64,000 nucleotides of DNA, from NCBI GenBank assembly GCA_019828565.1, contig JAHDYR010000038.1:1128552-1192551 (forward strand), written 5' to 3'. Below are positions 50,686-61,847 of the stretch, piece by piece; the first letter of the stretch is position 1, and the number at the start of each line of letters is the position of its first letter. Under the pieces are notes generated by a model that did no database searches, had not been told where the DNA came from, and saw only the letters and a program-made list of their open reading frames with translations. This stretch comes from Carpediemonas membranifera BICM (lineage: Eukaryota > Protista > Fornicata). The translations under genes and the position numbers were made by a program.

Positions 50686-53600
50686 TGTGCCGGGGCGAAG
50701 AGATTGGAACATTTACATAAACTGCGGACGTGGATGCCTTATGACATCCTACCCCCCTTAAGCTTGAGCTTGTGGGACTTGAGGTAGTCACGTGCCGCAG
50801 TGACGTGGCGGAGCCCGTCAGCGGGTTCCCATGTGGGATCGTAGTCGCCCTCCCAGCAGACGAGGAGCTGCAGTGTGCCGTTGCGGCGACGGTGCTTCTC
50901 GATGCCTTGCACGACGTACGTCTGCTCGTCGGAGGCGGCGAGGTTCTTCAGGCGGCTGAGCCCCGACTTGGTGTTGAAAGGAAGGACCTGGTCTACGTGA
51001 GCCATGAAGGGGGCGCTCTCGAAAAGGTCGACCAGCTGAAGGGTGTTGTTGTCCTTGATGGCGAGAATCTTGAACGGGCCGGCGAAGCCATGCAGCTTTG
51101 GGGTCTTCGTCCGGTTGAGCAGGACGAGGTCGCCTTCCTTGAAGCTAGTCGGCTGGCGGTCGGCGTTGGCCTTGGCGAGGCGCTTGTCTACAGTCTCGCG
51201 CTGCTTCTCGGCCGCCCTAGAGGTCAACTTGGAGAGGTGGGCTCGAAGTAAAGTGATGTAGGCTGAGGCTGAGGCAAGGGGCGAGTCATTGTCGCTCGGT
51301 CGGAGGATTCTAGCGACTGTGGAGCTGGGGTCGAGTTGGTCTCCATACAGCATGGCGTGGGGTGTGACCCCAGTGGCGCTGCAGGTGGTTGTGTTCAGCA
51401 GCAGCTGAACTACCGGAAGGAGGTCGCTCCAACGGGAGAACTTGTCGAATTGGAGGATCAAACAGCGAAGATGCTTCATGACCTCCGCGTTACGACGCTC
51501 TACCAGCCCATTCGACTGAGGGTGGTAGGGGAGGGTGAATTGCTGGGTGATGTCCGCGCTTTCGAGCAGGGCCTTGACGACGTTGCCGGTGAACTCAGGC
51601 CCGTTGTCGGACTTGATGAACAGGGGAGTCCCATGACGGGTAATCACCTGGCGCCAGAGGGCCTCTGACGCTGCATCAGCTGTGTTCTCGTCCGTCGCGG
51701 CCAACTCAGTGTAGCGAGTAAACATATCGACCATAACTGTGATGTATCTGGAGCCGACTGCGTCTGCCGGGATTGGACCAATAGTATCCACTGCGACAGT
51801 GTGGAACGGTTTGTACACTGCTGTTGTGCGGAGCTCTGCCTCGGCGAAGTTGCGTAGGCGAGCTTTCTGGCACTCGTCACATGAGGCGATGAACTCCTCG
51901 ACATCTGCTGTGCAGCCTGTCCAGGTATAGCCGTCTGCTCTCAGGCGTTCGATGGTAGCCTTGGCGCCGTGGTGTCCTCTGTGGGCGATCTGTATCAGCT
52001 CCTTTCGGAGGGGTCTGCACACGGTTGAAGTAGGGATGACGACGAGGCCGTCCTTGCGGCGAAGACCGTCGCTGTCTACGGTCAGCTTGGAGACGGTAGA
52101 GTCGTCTGTCTGGTGTTTGATGAGTGTGTCATGGTAGCGGGAGTCAGTCGTGATGGCTGCGACAGTGGGCGAGGTCGAGTGACCGCAGCGGCTCAGCGCG
52201 TCTGCGACTGCGTTCTGTAGGCCGGGAACGTGCTCGACATCGAACTTGTAGTCTGCTAATGTCAGTCTCCACCGGTTGATCTTGTCGTTCTCGGATGACT
52301 TGGCGATCATGTAAATAAGATTACGGTGGTCGGTCCGTAGGAGGAACCTCTTCAGGCGTAGGAGGGGTGACAGGGTCGGGTGTGTAAGGCAAAAGACAAT
52401 GGCAAATAGCTCCTGCTCACACGTGGCCCAGCGCGACTGGGTTGACGTGAATGTGTGAGAGAAGTAGGCGAGGACCTGTGTCTTATCGTCCTTTGTCTGC
52501 CATAGTACGCCGCCTGCTCCGATGTTGCTAGCGTCTGTCTCGAGCGTCCAGTCGGCGTCGGCGTCCGGATGTGCGATAAAGAGATCGTCAGTGAACAGGG
52601 TCTTCAGGCCGTCGAAAGCGGCGTCGTGCTCCGCTGTCCATTCCCACAGACGGTCCTTTTTGCAGAAGATCGTTGAGAGGTCTCATGTACTCGTGTCGTG
52701 TATGGGGAACGAATGATGCGAGGTACTGGAACTGTCCGAGGACTACGCGAAGCTCGTGGACGTTGGTGGGTGCAGGTAGATCGCGTAGGGCTTGGGTCCT
52801 GGCTGGGTCGACGTGTACTCCGGCCTGGTCGACCGTAAAGCCGACAATCTTGGCGCTGGTGGTGCCGAAGACTCCCTTCTTGGCGCTGAACTGAACGCCT
52901 GCAGCGTCCGCGCGTGTGAGCAGGTCGCGGAGAATGCGTAGGAAGGAGTCATCGTCACGGGCGTAGATGAATATGTCGTCGATGTAGGGGTTGGCGCCCT
53001 TGTACAACAGTGGGGCGAGCATGCCTTCGATCTCCCGCTGGAAGTGAGAAGGCGCGTTGCAAAGGCCGAACGGCATCCTGAGGAATTCCTCGTAGACGCC
53101 CGGGGCGGTGAAGGCCGTCTTAGGCACGTCGTCTGGGTGCATGGCCACCTGCCAGTAGCCCGACGTCAGGTCTAGCGTCGCAAAGCGTGTGCAGCCCGAC
53201 GCGAGGTTGAGGAGTTCTCGCATGTTGGGGATCGGGTGCCGGTCGGGTACTGTCCAAGAGTTGAGGCGGCCGTAGTCGATACAGAGACGGTAGGCGTCGC
53301 CCTTTGCGACCAGGACGATGGGGCTTGCGTAAGGCCCCTCAGAGGGCTGTGTGATCTCGTCCTGGCGCAGGCGCTCGACGTATGGCAACAGCCACTCCAG
53401 CTTCTTCGGGTGTAGGTTGCGCGGGCGAAGACGGATCGGAGGGGCGTTGTCGTAAAGCGGGATGCGCATAGGGGCAAACGAGCACGGCTGTTTGCTTATG
53501 ACGGGGTCGAATAGGTGATCGAACCGACGGAGGATCGAATGTAGCTCGTCGGTCTGGGCCTTGGTGGAGAGCTCGTGTATCTCACACGCGTCGGTGTGAA

Positions 53601-55269
53601 ACTCGCTTGAGGAGACGGCCTCGACGGGGGCGTCGAGGTACTTGTGGAGTGGGGAGGCCATCGGTGGCGTCCTCCGGGCGTGAATCCGGAAGAAGTGGGA
53701 TGTGGAGGCCACTCTCAGAGAGATAACCGAGCGCGCGAAGCACGTCGCATCCAATGAGCACACGTTCAGTGGCGCGCGTCATGATGTAGAGGATGAGATC
53801 GACGATGACGTTTCCAGATGTGCTGGGCAACGTGATCCGCGCTTGGACGTAGTGAGTGATGAGGATGGGCTCATTGGTAACGGACTGAACAGTAAATGGC
53901 TTTTCAAGCTCATGTGTGACGAGTTGGAGCGTCTTAACGGAGGTTGTGGAGATGATCGTGATTGCGGAGCCGCTATCGATCAATATCACCTGTTCTTGGT
54001 CATTCACAGCTCCCTTAACTGAGAATGCAGTTGAAGCGGCAACTTCTTCGATAAAGGCATCATCACAAGCATTGTGTGCGACTTCGACTTCGTGGACTCC
54101 TGGACGAGAGTTGATCAGCTTGGATCTGTCCCGGAGCACCATGTTCCCAGCGCGTCTCTCGTCGGGGCGAGGCTGTGGCTGCTGGGATGACTGTTGCTGC
54201 TGCTTCTGAGCAGCTGGTGCCGGCTGTGGCTGAGCCGGTTTGTTGGCCGCTTGGGGCTGGCGTTGCGGCTGAGGTGCCGGTCTGGCGTCGCGGGCCGCGG
54301 CGGGGTGGCCTTTGGTAGCCTGGGGCTGTCCGGGCGTGCTGCCGCGGTGCGGGCAATCAGCCTTCCAGTGCATGCCTCCACAGGAGCACGCGTATGGAGG
54401 AGGGCGCCGGCGCTCGCGGCGGGATCTGGTGTTGGCGTTCTGGCTATGTTTCGGGCCAGTGCTGGAGCTCGTGATGGAGCTCGTGCTGGAGGATGTGATG
54501 GATATGTCTTGAATCACGCTTCCGAGGACTTCACGGGCGTCAATGGCGTGCAGTATGAGCTCGCGCGTGTGCACAAATAAGCTATCGATGTCCCGGGCGC
54601 CAGAGAGGTCCCACTTTTGCTGAATACGGTTGGCAAGTGAGACCGGGCGAAGGGCGGCGATAAAAGCTTTGGCGATGATCTTATCGAGTCCGCGGGTGGG
54701 GCTGGCTTTTCTCGGGGTGTCCTGCTCACTCGGCGTGCTGTCTGGCTTCTGGGTGATGACCTTGCTGAGGGCGGCCTCGTCTTCATCCACCTCGGCGGGC
54801 TCGGGCTCTGGCTTGGCGCCGAGCTCGGCGTTGAGAAGGGCATGGGCGTGGGAGCGCAGCTCCTCGGTCTCAGCCATGAGACGAGATACGGCCTCGATCG
54901 TGGACTTGGTTCGGTCCTGCGTGAGGGCCCGGATTTCTTGGATGGTTTTCTCAAGGGTTCTCGGGAAAGAAAGAGCGGTGATTTCGGCGAGAAGTTCTGC
55001 GTCGTTGAGTGCTTCGACGTCGACGTTGCGGACAAATCGGACATGACTGACTTGATCCTCGGTGAGGCACTCGTAAGCCGTTATGACGGTTGTGGTAGGA
55101 GCATGCTTCTGCGCGAACGTGAGGGCGCGTTTGAACGCGCGAACGGACTCTCTAGAGAAGTCCGATAGTGATGGCGGAATCCAATTATTCATTTCGGAAA
55201 GTGATCACTGTGCCGGGGCGAAGAGATTGGAACATTTACATAAACTGCGGACGTGGATGCCTTATGACA
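50686..55269 (-). mobile_element. Chromodomain Ty3/gypsy element, family C copy 2 (inverted relative to copy 1)
   Basis: Identical 61-bp LTRs (50686-50746, 55209-55269), its own TSD CGTC, near-identical to 32324-36906. Confidence 0.95.
50739..55192 (-). CDS. Family C gag-pol, copy 2 (indels near 53650 and 52657)
   Basis: ORFs 53582-55192, 52588-53763 and 50739-52310 match copy 1. Confidence 0.9.
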
Positions 55270-55751
55270 CGTCGGTTCACTCGAACCACCTCCTGCGGGG
55301 TGAAGGACGAAATGGAGAGTCGGAACAAGTCGAGGCGGGCAGAGAAACGGGATGGCTGCAGGGCTCTACCCAGCCGCTTGAGGACGCGGTCGTCTTTCGC
55401 GAGACGCTTGGCCTTGCGCTTGCGCTTGTGCGTCTTGCGGACGGTAGCGGTAAGGATGAGGGACTGATGGGGGAGTTGCTCGTCATTCTTGGGTGTTCCG
55501 GCTACTGGAGAACCTGGCGAACCTTCAGCGTTCATTGGAACCGCGACCTCGGCCAAGGGTGTGGCTTCAGAGGTCTTGGCGAAGAGATTATAACCGAGGG
55601 CGTCTGCGTATCTTTGTACTTCGGTGTCAAACATGTCGGCAACGTTGCCATCGCCGCCTCTGGCCCGGTACTCGGACAAGTCCTCCGCGAACCGGACCAA
55701 CGACTCAATGGTCGTTTTCTTTAGCATGGGCATACTGTTGCAGGACGTCAT
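55270..55751 (-). pseudogene. Element Z gag N-terminus
   Basis: ATG 10 nt after the palindrome; MLKKTTIESLVRFAEDLSEY resembles the gag starts of C (LSDFSRESVRAFKR) and D (LDRESVRSFKR); cut by C2. Confidence 0.65.
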
Positions 55752-55761
55752 CAAAACGTTG

Positions 55762-55820
55762 AATACTAGTATTGTGGTTCGTTTGACGAAACCTTTATAT
55801 CGAGGAGAAGAATCGACACA
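55762..55820 (-). repeat. Probable 5' LTR of element Z (about 46-48 bp; outer edge unverified) plus palindrome AATACTAGTATT (55762-55773)
   Basis: Minus strand TGT(GT)CGATTC...GATATAAAG...GAACCACA, then the palindrome and the gag ATG. No partner LTR in the window. Confidence 0.6.
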
Positions 55821-56209
55821 ATGGTGTCGAGTAGAAACTCCTTGACTATCCAATATCAACATATAAACGTATAAACTGTGTAACTCTGGGTGAGACCCAT
55901 GACAGCCCTCCACTCCGGGCCCGTTACCCGAGGTAACCTTCCTGACGATGTCGCGCCATGTCGAGCTGCTATCAAGGCTTCTTGAAACTGAGCTGATTCG
56001 ATTCGGACTGTGATGTCGAACCATTGAGCCAAAAGGGACCCGGTATTCCACAGGATTTGATTCTGCCCGGGACTCCTAGGGACTGATCCACTCAAATTAA
56101 AAAACCCAACACGCCAGGGTGTTACGAGTCCCTGTAGCTAGCGCCGCACAAAAAAGTAGCTGAATTCGTAGGGACTGATGGCGTCAATAATGCTGCCGAC
56201 AATTTTGAT

Positions 56210-59203
56210 TTACCCCCAAGGGCCGACCTGAGCAGTCGAGGAGAGCGACGACGACCGTTTCTTATCAAGCTGCCGCTGGATGATGCTCCAGCCCTTGCTC
56301 CGCTGCGCCCCCCCGCGTGGGCTGGACGCTGTGCTGCCCCCCTCAGCAGTGGGCGACTGGGCGGGGCTCTTGATCTCGGCCAACTTCTGCTTGATCTCAC
56401 GATCCTCGGCCTCGTGGGCGATCGATTGCTTCGTGCTCTCGGCTCGGATGGTGTTCAGCGAGGCCCTGGCAATTTCCAGGTCGCTCTCGAGGGTCTTGAT
56501 CGTGGTTCTGAGGGTCGACACGAGCAGCCTCTGCTCCTTCACCTCCTGCTGCAGCGACTCTATCGCCCCGCTACTATCCGCGACCGGGCCCGTGGACCCC
56601 AGCGTCGCCGTCCGTACCGCTTTCATCGTCTCCTCGAGATCGCCCCTGAGCTCACTCGCCCGGGCATCCCACCCGGCCTGTGTCACTCGGGCCCTGTCCT
56701 GGATGGCGGTGAGTGTGTCCTTGAAGGTGTCGTACTCTGCGCCGACTCTCGACAGGGTGGACTTCATGTGGGCCACGGAGTCCGTCAGCCCGTCCAGCTC
56801 GGCAAAGGCCTCATCGGGGCCCCGGGGCCGCTCCATGTCCGCCATCTCGGCCTCCAGCCGCGCGATGGCGGCCTCGTGCTCGCTGATCTCGACCTGCTGA
56901 GCTTCAACCGTCCTGTTTGCAACCTTCTCGCGCTCCTCCGCCGCCTTCAGCATCGCATCCTTCTCCCGCAGCCGCTGGTCCTGGCCCCGGTCGGCGGCAT
57001 CCAGCTCCTCCGCCTGCCGCCGGTTCTCGTCGTATGCGTCGTCGAGGTCGTCCCGCAGCGTCGAGATCGATTCCTTCAGCCCGTCCAGCTCGGCCTCCAG
57101 CTCAGCAATGTGGACGTTGTGCGCGTTAGTGAACCGCTCTATGGCGTCTGATGCCAGCGCATGCTCATCGGGCCGGGCCGGGTCCGACAGGAGGTCGAGC
57201 TGGGTGTCCACCAGGGCAGGGTCAATTTCTACCACCGCCACTACGCGGTCCCTCAGCACCCGCACGGCATTCTCCAGGCAGTCGCCCCGCTCCTGGGCGC
57301 GGTCAAGTTCATCTGTGGCCGTAGTGAGCCTGTGGGAGAGGTCCTCGATAGCATCGTCCTTCCGGTCGACGATGGAACCGAGCCCCATCTTCTCCTCCTC
57401 TAGCGCCGCTATCCGCTGCTCTCTGGCCTTGACCTCGGCGTTCAGGTCATCGATTGCCGAGTCCCGCACGGCTATGCGGTCGGCGAGGTCCGCCACGTGG
57501 TCGGAGGCGGCACAGACTAGCGCGGCCATCTTGTCGACAAGGGCACGGCGCTCGAGATCCATGTCTGCCACGAGGCCGTCGATGTAGGCCCTGACTGCCT
57601 CGGCATCAGGTAGTGGTATTGCGTGCAAGGCGGTGGATATGCGGTCGACGGTCACGCTGGCTGCAGTCATGTCCATCAGTGCGCCCCCAGCGTCCGTCGC
57701 CGCAACAACGGTCCCGCGGGCCTGACGAGCGACGCCCTCGAGCTTCTCCCGAACCGCCCTGAGCTCTATGGGACCGATATCGATGGCCGGACCGATGTGT
57801 CGCGCCGTGTCGACCAGTCCCTCGACGGCCGCGCCGTAGTTGTGGACGGTATCCCGGAGGTCGGCGACGAGCCCGTGGAGCCGTCGGTTTGTCTGCTCCT
57901 CGCCCGTAAGCGTGGCCGAGATTGTGGCGACGTAGCCGTCCTCGTCGGTCAGCACCGCCAGCTGCCGGCCCAGCTCGACCCTGACTGCCTCCACCGCCAG
58001 CCACTCCCCCACTAGGGCCGGCACCGGGGCGGGCGGCAGCGGGGCCCCGGCGGGCGGTGGGCTCAGGGCTTGCACGGCTGAGCATGCGTCCGCGACCCTC
58101 GCCGCGTCCCCAGAGATCCCGACCAGCCCGCCGCTGAGCCCCTCGATGTGGACAAGAGCTCGATCCAGCTCGGCTGCGGCGACCTCGGACAGGGCCCCGA
58201 TGGCGAGGTCGGCCGCGGCAAGCCGGGACACCAACGTGGCATTGGAGGCCTCCAGCTCGGCAATCCGCTCAGCTTGGCCCCGGGCGGTTGCAGCGAGCTC
58301 CCCGAAGTCACTCGATAGCGTGGCCTCGACGGCGGCCGTCTCCGTCTGCAGCTCAGCATGCTGCTGCATCAGTTCTGCATGCTCTCGGTGCAGTTTAGCG
58401 TATTCCGCCACCATGCGCCCGAACACAGCCCCTACCCGGCTCCGATCAACATCCGGGCCCGCTGGAGCCGGGGGCATCAGAAGCACTGGACGATCTCGGG
58501 CTGAAAGAGCAATAGAGGCGGTAATAGATGTAACTGTATCCAACCGCGCCTGAGCACCGTCCACGACAGACGCCAGCTCCCTGGCCGTCTCCTCGACCCG
58601 GGCCTGCTCCGCCTCGAGAGCACTGGTCGCCCTCGCCTCCCGCACGGCTGTCTCGGCCATGAGCGCGTCCACAGCCATGTGGCCGGACTCCTTGCCGTCC
58701 GGCCCTAGTCCGAGCCGGTCGCGCCAGCTGGCCACGGCGCGCGCAAGACACTCATGCGCCCTATCGCGTTCCGCAACATCCGCACGAAGCGTCATAAGGT
58801 CAGTTTGTAGCTCTTCTAGCGTGCTTCTCGTTTCCTCGAGCACCTGCTCAGTCTTGTGGAGAGTCAGCGTCGTCTGCTCGTGCCCCGCGGCCTCCTCCTG
58901 CACCTGCGCCTCGAGGACCACCATGCGGTCACTGTTGCCGCACTCCGCATCGCACAGTGCAGCTCTTATGCGGCATGCGAGGGCCCAAAGCTTCGCCCGC
59001 ACCGCCGCCAGCTCGGCATCGTGTTCGAGCTGCATTCTCTTGGCAAACTCACGCAGCTCCCCACTCTTCTCGCCATGGGCATCGACCGCGTCACTGATCC
59101 TATCCATGGCATGTACCATGCAGTCCGTCGTGCCCCACACAGAGTCCCACGTCGCTCCAAAGCCGCCAGTGAGCGATCCAGCAACGTCAAAAAGAGCGTT
59201 CAC
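56210..59203 (-). CDS. Large coiled-coil host protein of unknown function (5' end probably extends to about 59410 through an intron or frameshift)
   Basis: 997-aa ORF rich in A/E/L/R heptads. The frame stays open upstream of the GTG to about 59355, and an ATG in another frame lies near 59411. Confidence 0.8.
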   Translation of the reverse strand: MNALFDVAGSLTGGFGATWDSVWGTTDCMVHAMDRISDAVDAHGEKSGELREFAKRMQLEHDAELAAVRAKLWALACRIRAALCDAECGNSDRMVVLEAQVQEEAAGHEQTTLTLHKTEQVLEETRSTLEELQTDLMTLRADVAERDRAHECLARAVASWRDRLGLGPDGKESGHMAVDALMAETAVREARATSALEAEQARVEETARELASVVDGAQARLDTVTSITASIALSARDRPVLLMPPAPAGPDVDRSRVGAVFGRMVAEYAKLHREHAELMQQHAELQTETAAVEATLSSDFGELAATARGQAERIAELEASNATLVSRLAAADLAIGALSEVAAAELDRALVHIEGLSGGLVGISGDAARVADACSAVQALSPPPAGAPLPPAPVPALVGEWLAVEAVRVELGRQLAVLTDEDGYVATISATLTGEEQTNRRLHGLVADLRDTVHNYGAAVEGLVDTARHIGPAIDIGPIELRAVREKLEGVARQARGTVVAATDAGGALMDMTAASVTVDRISTALHAIPLPDAEAVRAYIDGLVADMDLERRALVDKMAALVCAASDHVADLADRIAVRDSAIDDLNAEVKAREQRIAALEEEKMGLGSIVDRKDDAIEDLSHRLTTATDELDRAQERGDCLENAVRVLRDRVVAVVEIDPALVDTQLDLLSDPARPDEHALASDAIERFTNAHNVHIAELEAELDGLKESISTLRDDLDDAYDENRRQAEELDAADRGQDQRLREKDAMLKAAEEREKVANRTVEAQQVEISEHEAAIARLEAEMADMERPRGPDEAFAELDGLTDSVAHMKSTLSRVGAEYDTFKDTLTAIQDRARVTQAGWDARASELRGDLEETMKAVRTATLGSTGPVADSSGAIESLQQEVKEQRLLVSTLRTTIKTLESDLEIARASLNTIRAESTKQSIAHEAEDREIKQKLAEIKSPAQSPTAEGGSTASSPRGGAQRSKGWSIIQRQLDKKRSSSLSSTAQVGPWG

Positions 59204-60636
59204 GGTCTGTTGGGAATCAAGAAGCGCACTTTCTTGCGTTTCATGCGTTTTGTATGCATCTCGAAGCTTAGCATCCGTTATTTCGACGGTAGAGGCCAGA
59301 TCGTCTCTGTCGCTCGGAATAAAATGTGGTATGGGCGGAACAAACGATAAGCTTTGCTACTGTGGCTCTCATTACTGTGTTATCATTCAATAGTGCATTG
59401 CTAAAGTCCATATCGTCTCTTTCTTGCAGTCTTCGTTCCTGACAAAAGCTGCACAAGGCTGCGGCACATGAGAACACCAGAGCTGATGCACCCACCCAGC
59501 TCCATGAACAGGCCTCACATCATCCAGTACCGACTGGGGGAGTCAATGCGCGGGCACGCATCATTGCCCGTGCGGCATTAGATTTCACATGCTACTCGGG
59601 CAGACTGCGTTTGAACGATATATTACTATTGTTCGACTCACATAAAGGGCAAGGGGTGATCACGGGGGGGGCTTAGTCGACGGCGGAGTAGATCTTTCTA
59701 CTGCAGAAAGAGATGTCCTGGTGGGTCGTGTGGTTGCAGGCGTGAATGGAGCGGACCATATCCTGGAGGAAGGGCTCAGCAATGGCGGATGGCGTTGAAT
59801 TACTCATACTTGGAAAAGATTCTCTCGATTTCATCAGAAGGCATGCCCAACGGGGAATTGCAACAGCTCAGTTGCACGGAAAGCGATTCATCCGTTTCCA
59901 TCTCATCAAAAGCTTCAACTGTTGCGCCAGATAATGAAACTGAGCTGCCACAGTCAAATGAAGTTTGCAAGGCACGAAGCCTTATCAGCGCCTTCGTTTG
60001 TCCAGAAACCACGTGTTTATGTAGATTGACAGTGCGCTGTCGAACCATCGTTCAGGACCTGAAACCTGTGACGGGTTCGATTCGGCCCCAGAGGCCACAG
60101 AGGTCATCCGCTCCCGGGCCCCGGGGAGCAACCGCCCCGCCCGCAAACGTCCTGCCATGTCTGTCAGCCCGGGCCAGCCCATTCGGAAGGCGCGGTGGCT
60201 GAAGCCCGCCGACACCATTGACCGCGGCTGTTCGTCCCCCCCTGCTTCATCATCTCACTCAGTCCGGGCAATGAAACTCAGGCGACTCTCCGACAAGCGA
60301 GAAGTATACGCGATGGAGGAAGGGGCGTTGCTCAGCCTGGAGACCATCGATCTCTAGCCTATCTCCGTCCCCACCACAGAATTTCTCCCGAATTTTCCTG
60401 TCTTCCGAATTAAAAGCTCGCTCACCCATGATACTGGTGAGCGCACTGGTGGCCTCCTCCGCAGCGCCAACATATGGATGCATCAGCTGTGCTCGCCCCC
60501 TGCTTGTGTTCGACTCAGCCGAGAAACCCTTCAGCATCGGGTCCTAGCAGCGCCACTGTGCTGAACTGCACCTGTACCCCGCCTCTTTCTCACCTGTGAG
60601 GTGGAGTCAAGCTCGGTCGATTGGCCGCCTTCCGTG

Positions 60637-61803
60637 ATGGCAAGAAAGACATCATTGCTGCTGCTTGCCCTGGCATGCTGCATTATTGCGTCAAATGGGA
60701 AACTGCAGCTCATGGATGAGATCACGTTGCCGGATGGCCACATCGGTGACCAATTCGGCAGTTCTATCGTTATTCGCCGAAACGTCGCCTACATCGGTGC
60801 CCCCGGAATGATAGACGACAGCGGAGCAGTCTTTATACTTGAACGAGTAGGTCCTATGTGGGATATTGCTTCCACAATCGTCCCGGCCCAGTCCGAGCTT
60901 GGCGGCTACTTTGGCCACGGGATCGCTGCCACTGACGACTGGCTCGCCATCGGTCAGCCCAACGCCGACTACTACACGGGAGTGGTGGACATGTTTGCGC
61001 TGACCCGCGGTGGGCTGACGTGGGCGCAGGCGGGGACGCTGGCACCCTCCCTGCCGCGCCATTCCTTCTTCGGGTACGACGTCGACCTCAGTGGAAACAC
61101 TCTCGTCGTCGGGGCGTACGGGTACAACTCCTCTCGTGGCGTGGCGATGGTCTACGACTGGGCCGGGACCTGGACCGAGACGGCCGTCCTCGCCGACAGC
61201 TGGTCGGGACCGGGCGACCACTTCGGGTTCTCCGTGGCCGTGGAGGGCGACGTGGCCGTCGTTGGGTCCTGGTGTACCGCCCACTACGGCCTCCTCTGCA
61301 GCGGGTCGGCCAAGGTCTTCGAGCGGCACGCCGGGTGCTGGGGCATGCGGCAGGTGCTGACGCCTGGAGTCCCGGCGACAGGGGGGAGATTCGGGTACGC
61401 TGTCGACATGGTCGGGGCAACGATCGTCGTCTCGATGCCCGGCAGCGTCACGACGGCACGGGGCTCGGTCACCGTCTTCACTCTCGCCGGGACGCGGTGG
61501 GAGCAAGCGCAGCTGCTTACAGGCGCGGCAGAGGGGACCGACCCAGACGCCTTCGGGTTCTCGATCGCGGTTTCCCGCAGCAGCGTCGTGGTTGGTGCCC
61601 CGACGGAGGGCGGCATGGCCGGAGCGCTGTACCTCTTCACCGGCCAGCCCGGGGCATATCGCATGGACGACAAGGCACGGGGGCCAACGAGCGAGCACCG
61701 TGCGATGTTCGGCTCTTCCGTGGCAGCGGACGGGGACCACGTGGCGGCCTGGAGCAAGAGCGCGGTGGAGCCCGCGTCAGTATTCACATATATCAGAAAA
61801 TAA
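60637..61803 (+). CDS. Secreted FG-GAP repeat (integrin-alpha-type beta-propeller) protein
   Basis: Signal-like MARKTSLLLLALACC; about 7 repeats of FG.S(V/I)A...(V)GAP....G.V.(I/V)F; no C-terminal TM segment. Confidence 0.88.
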   Translation: MARKTSLLLLALACCIIASNGKLQLMDEITLPDGHIGDQFGSSIVIRRNVAYIGAPGMIDDSGAVFILERVGPMWDIASTIVPAQSELGGYFGHGIAATDDWLAIGQPNADYYTGVVDMFALTRGGLTWAQAGTLAPSLPRHSFFGYDVDLSGNTLVVGAYGYNSSRGVAMVYDWAGTWTETAVLADSWSGPGDHFGFSVAVEGDVAVVGSWCTAHYGLLCSGSAKVFERHAGCWGMRQVLTPGVPATGGRFGYAVDMVGATIVVSMPGSVTTARGSVTVFTLAGTRWEQAQLLTGAAEGTDPDAFGFSIAVSRSSVVVGAPTEGGMAGALYLFTGQPGAYRMDDKARGPTSEHRAMFGSSVAADGDHVAAWSKSAVEPASVFTYIRK

Positions 61804-61847
61804 TATCTTCCTAAGTGGTTTTATGCCCTGTCTAAATGCTAATCTAC

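Larger units (their letters stand above)
24593..55820 (-). mobile_element. Ty3/gypsy element Z (oldest; host of the nest; 3' end lost). Pieces: 55270-55820, 50537-50685, 40182-41080, 30629-30666, 24593-26116
   Basis: Removing the inserts and one TSD each restores gag, two CCHC knuckles, protease (LLDSGA), RT (YIDD), RH and the integrase N-terminus. The join LEPYDLCLKCDRVVHVRP*YVPPPKVPVVKEHI is in frame across the B and A sites. Confidence 0.85.

Noticed and set aside
26117-55269. Tf1-type self-priming through LTR-internal complementarity, or a tRNA PBS
   Set aside because: No TGG start after any 5' LTR and no exact complement of the PBS region inside the LTRs; only self-complementarity of the PBS is consistent.
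55813-55830. Hairpin TCGACAC-AATG-GTGTCGA at the outer edge of the Z LTR as the start of another element
   Set aside because: No partner repeat or TSD in the window; may be chance.
59500-60600. Short ORFs between the coiled-coil and FG-GAP genes (e.g. 59789-60202)
   Set aside because: No recognisable domain or consistent frame; a small or spliced gene cannot be excluded.
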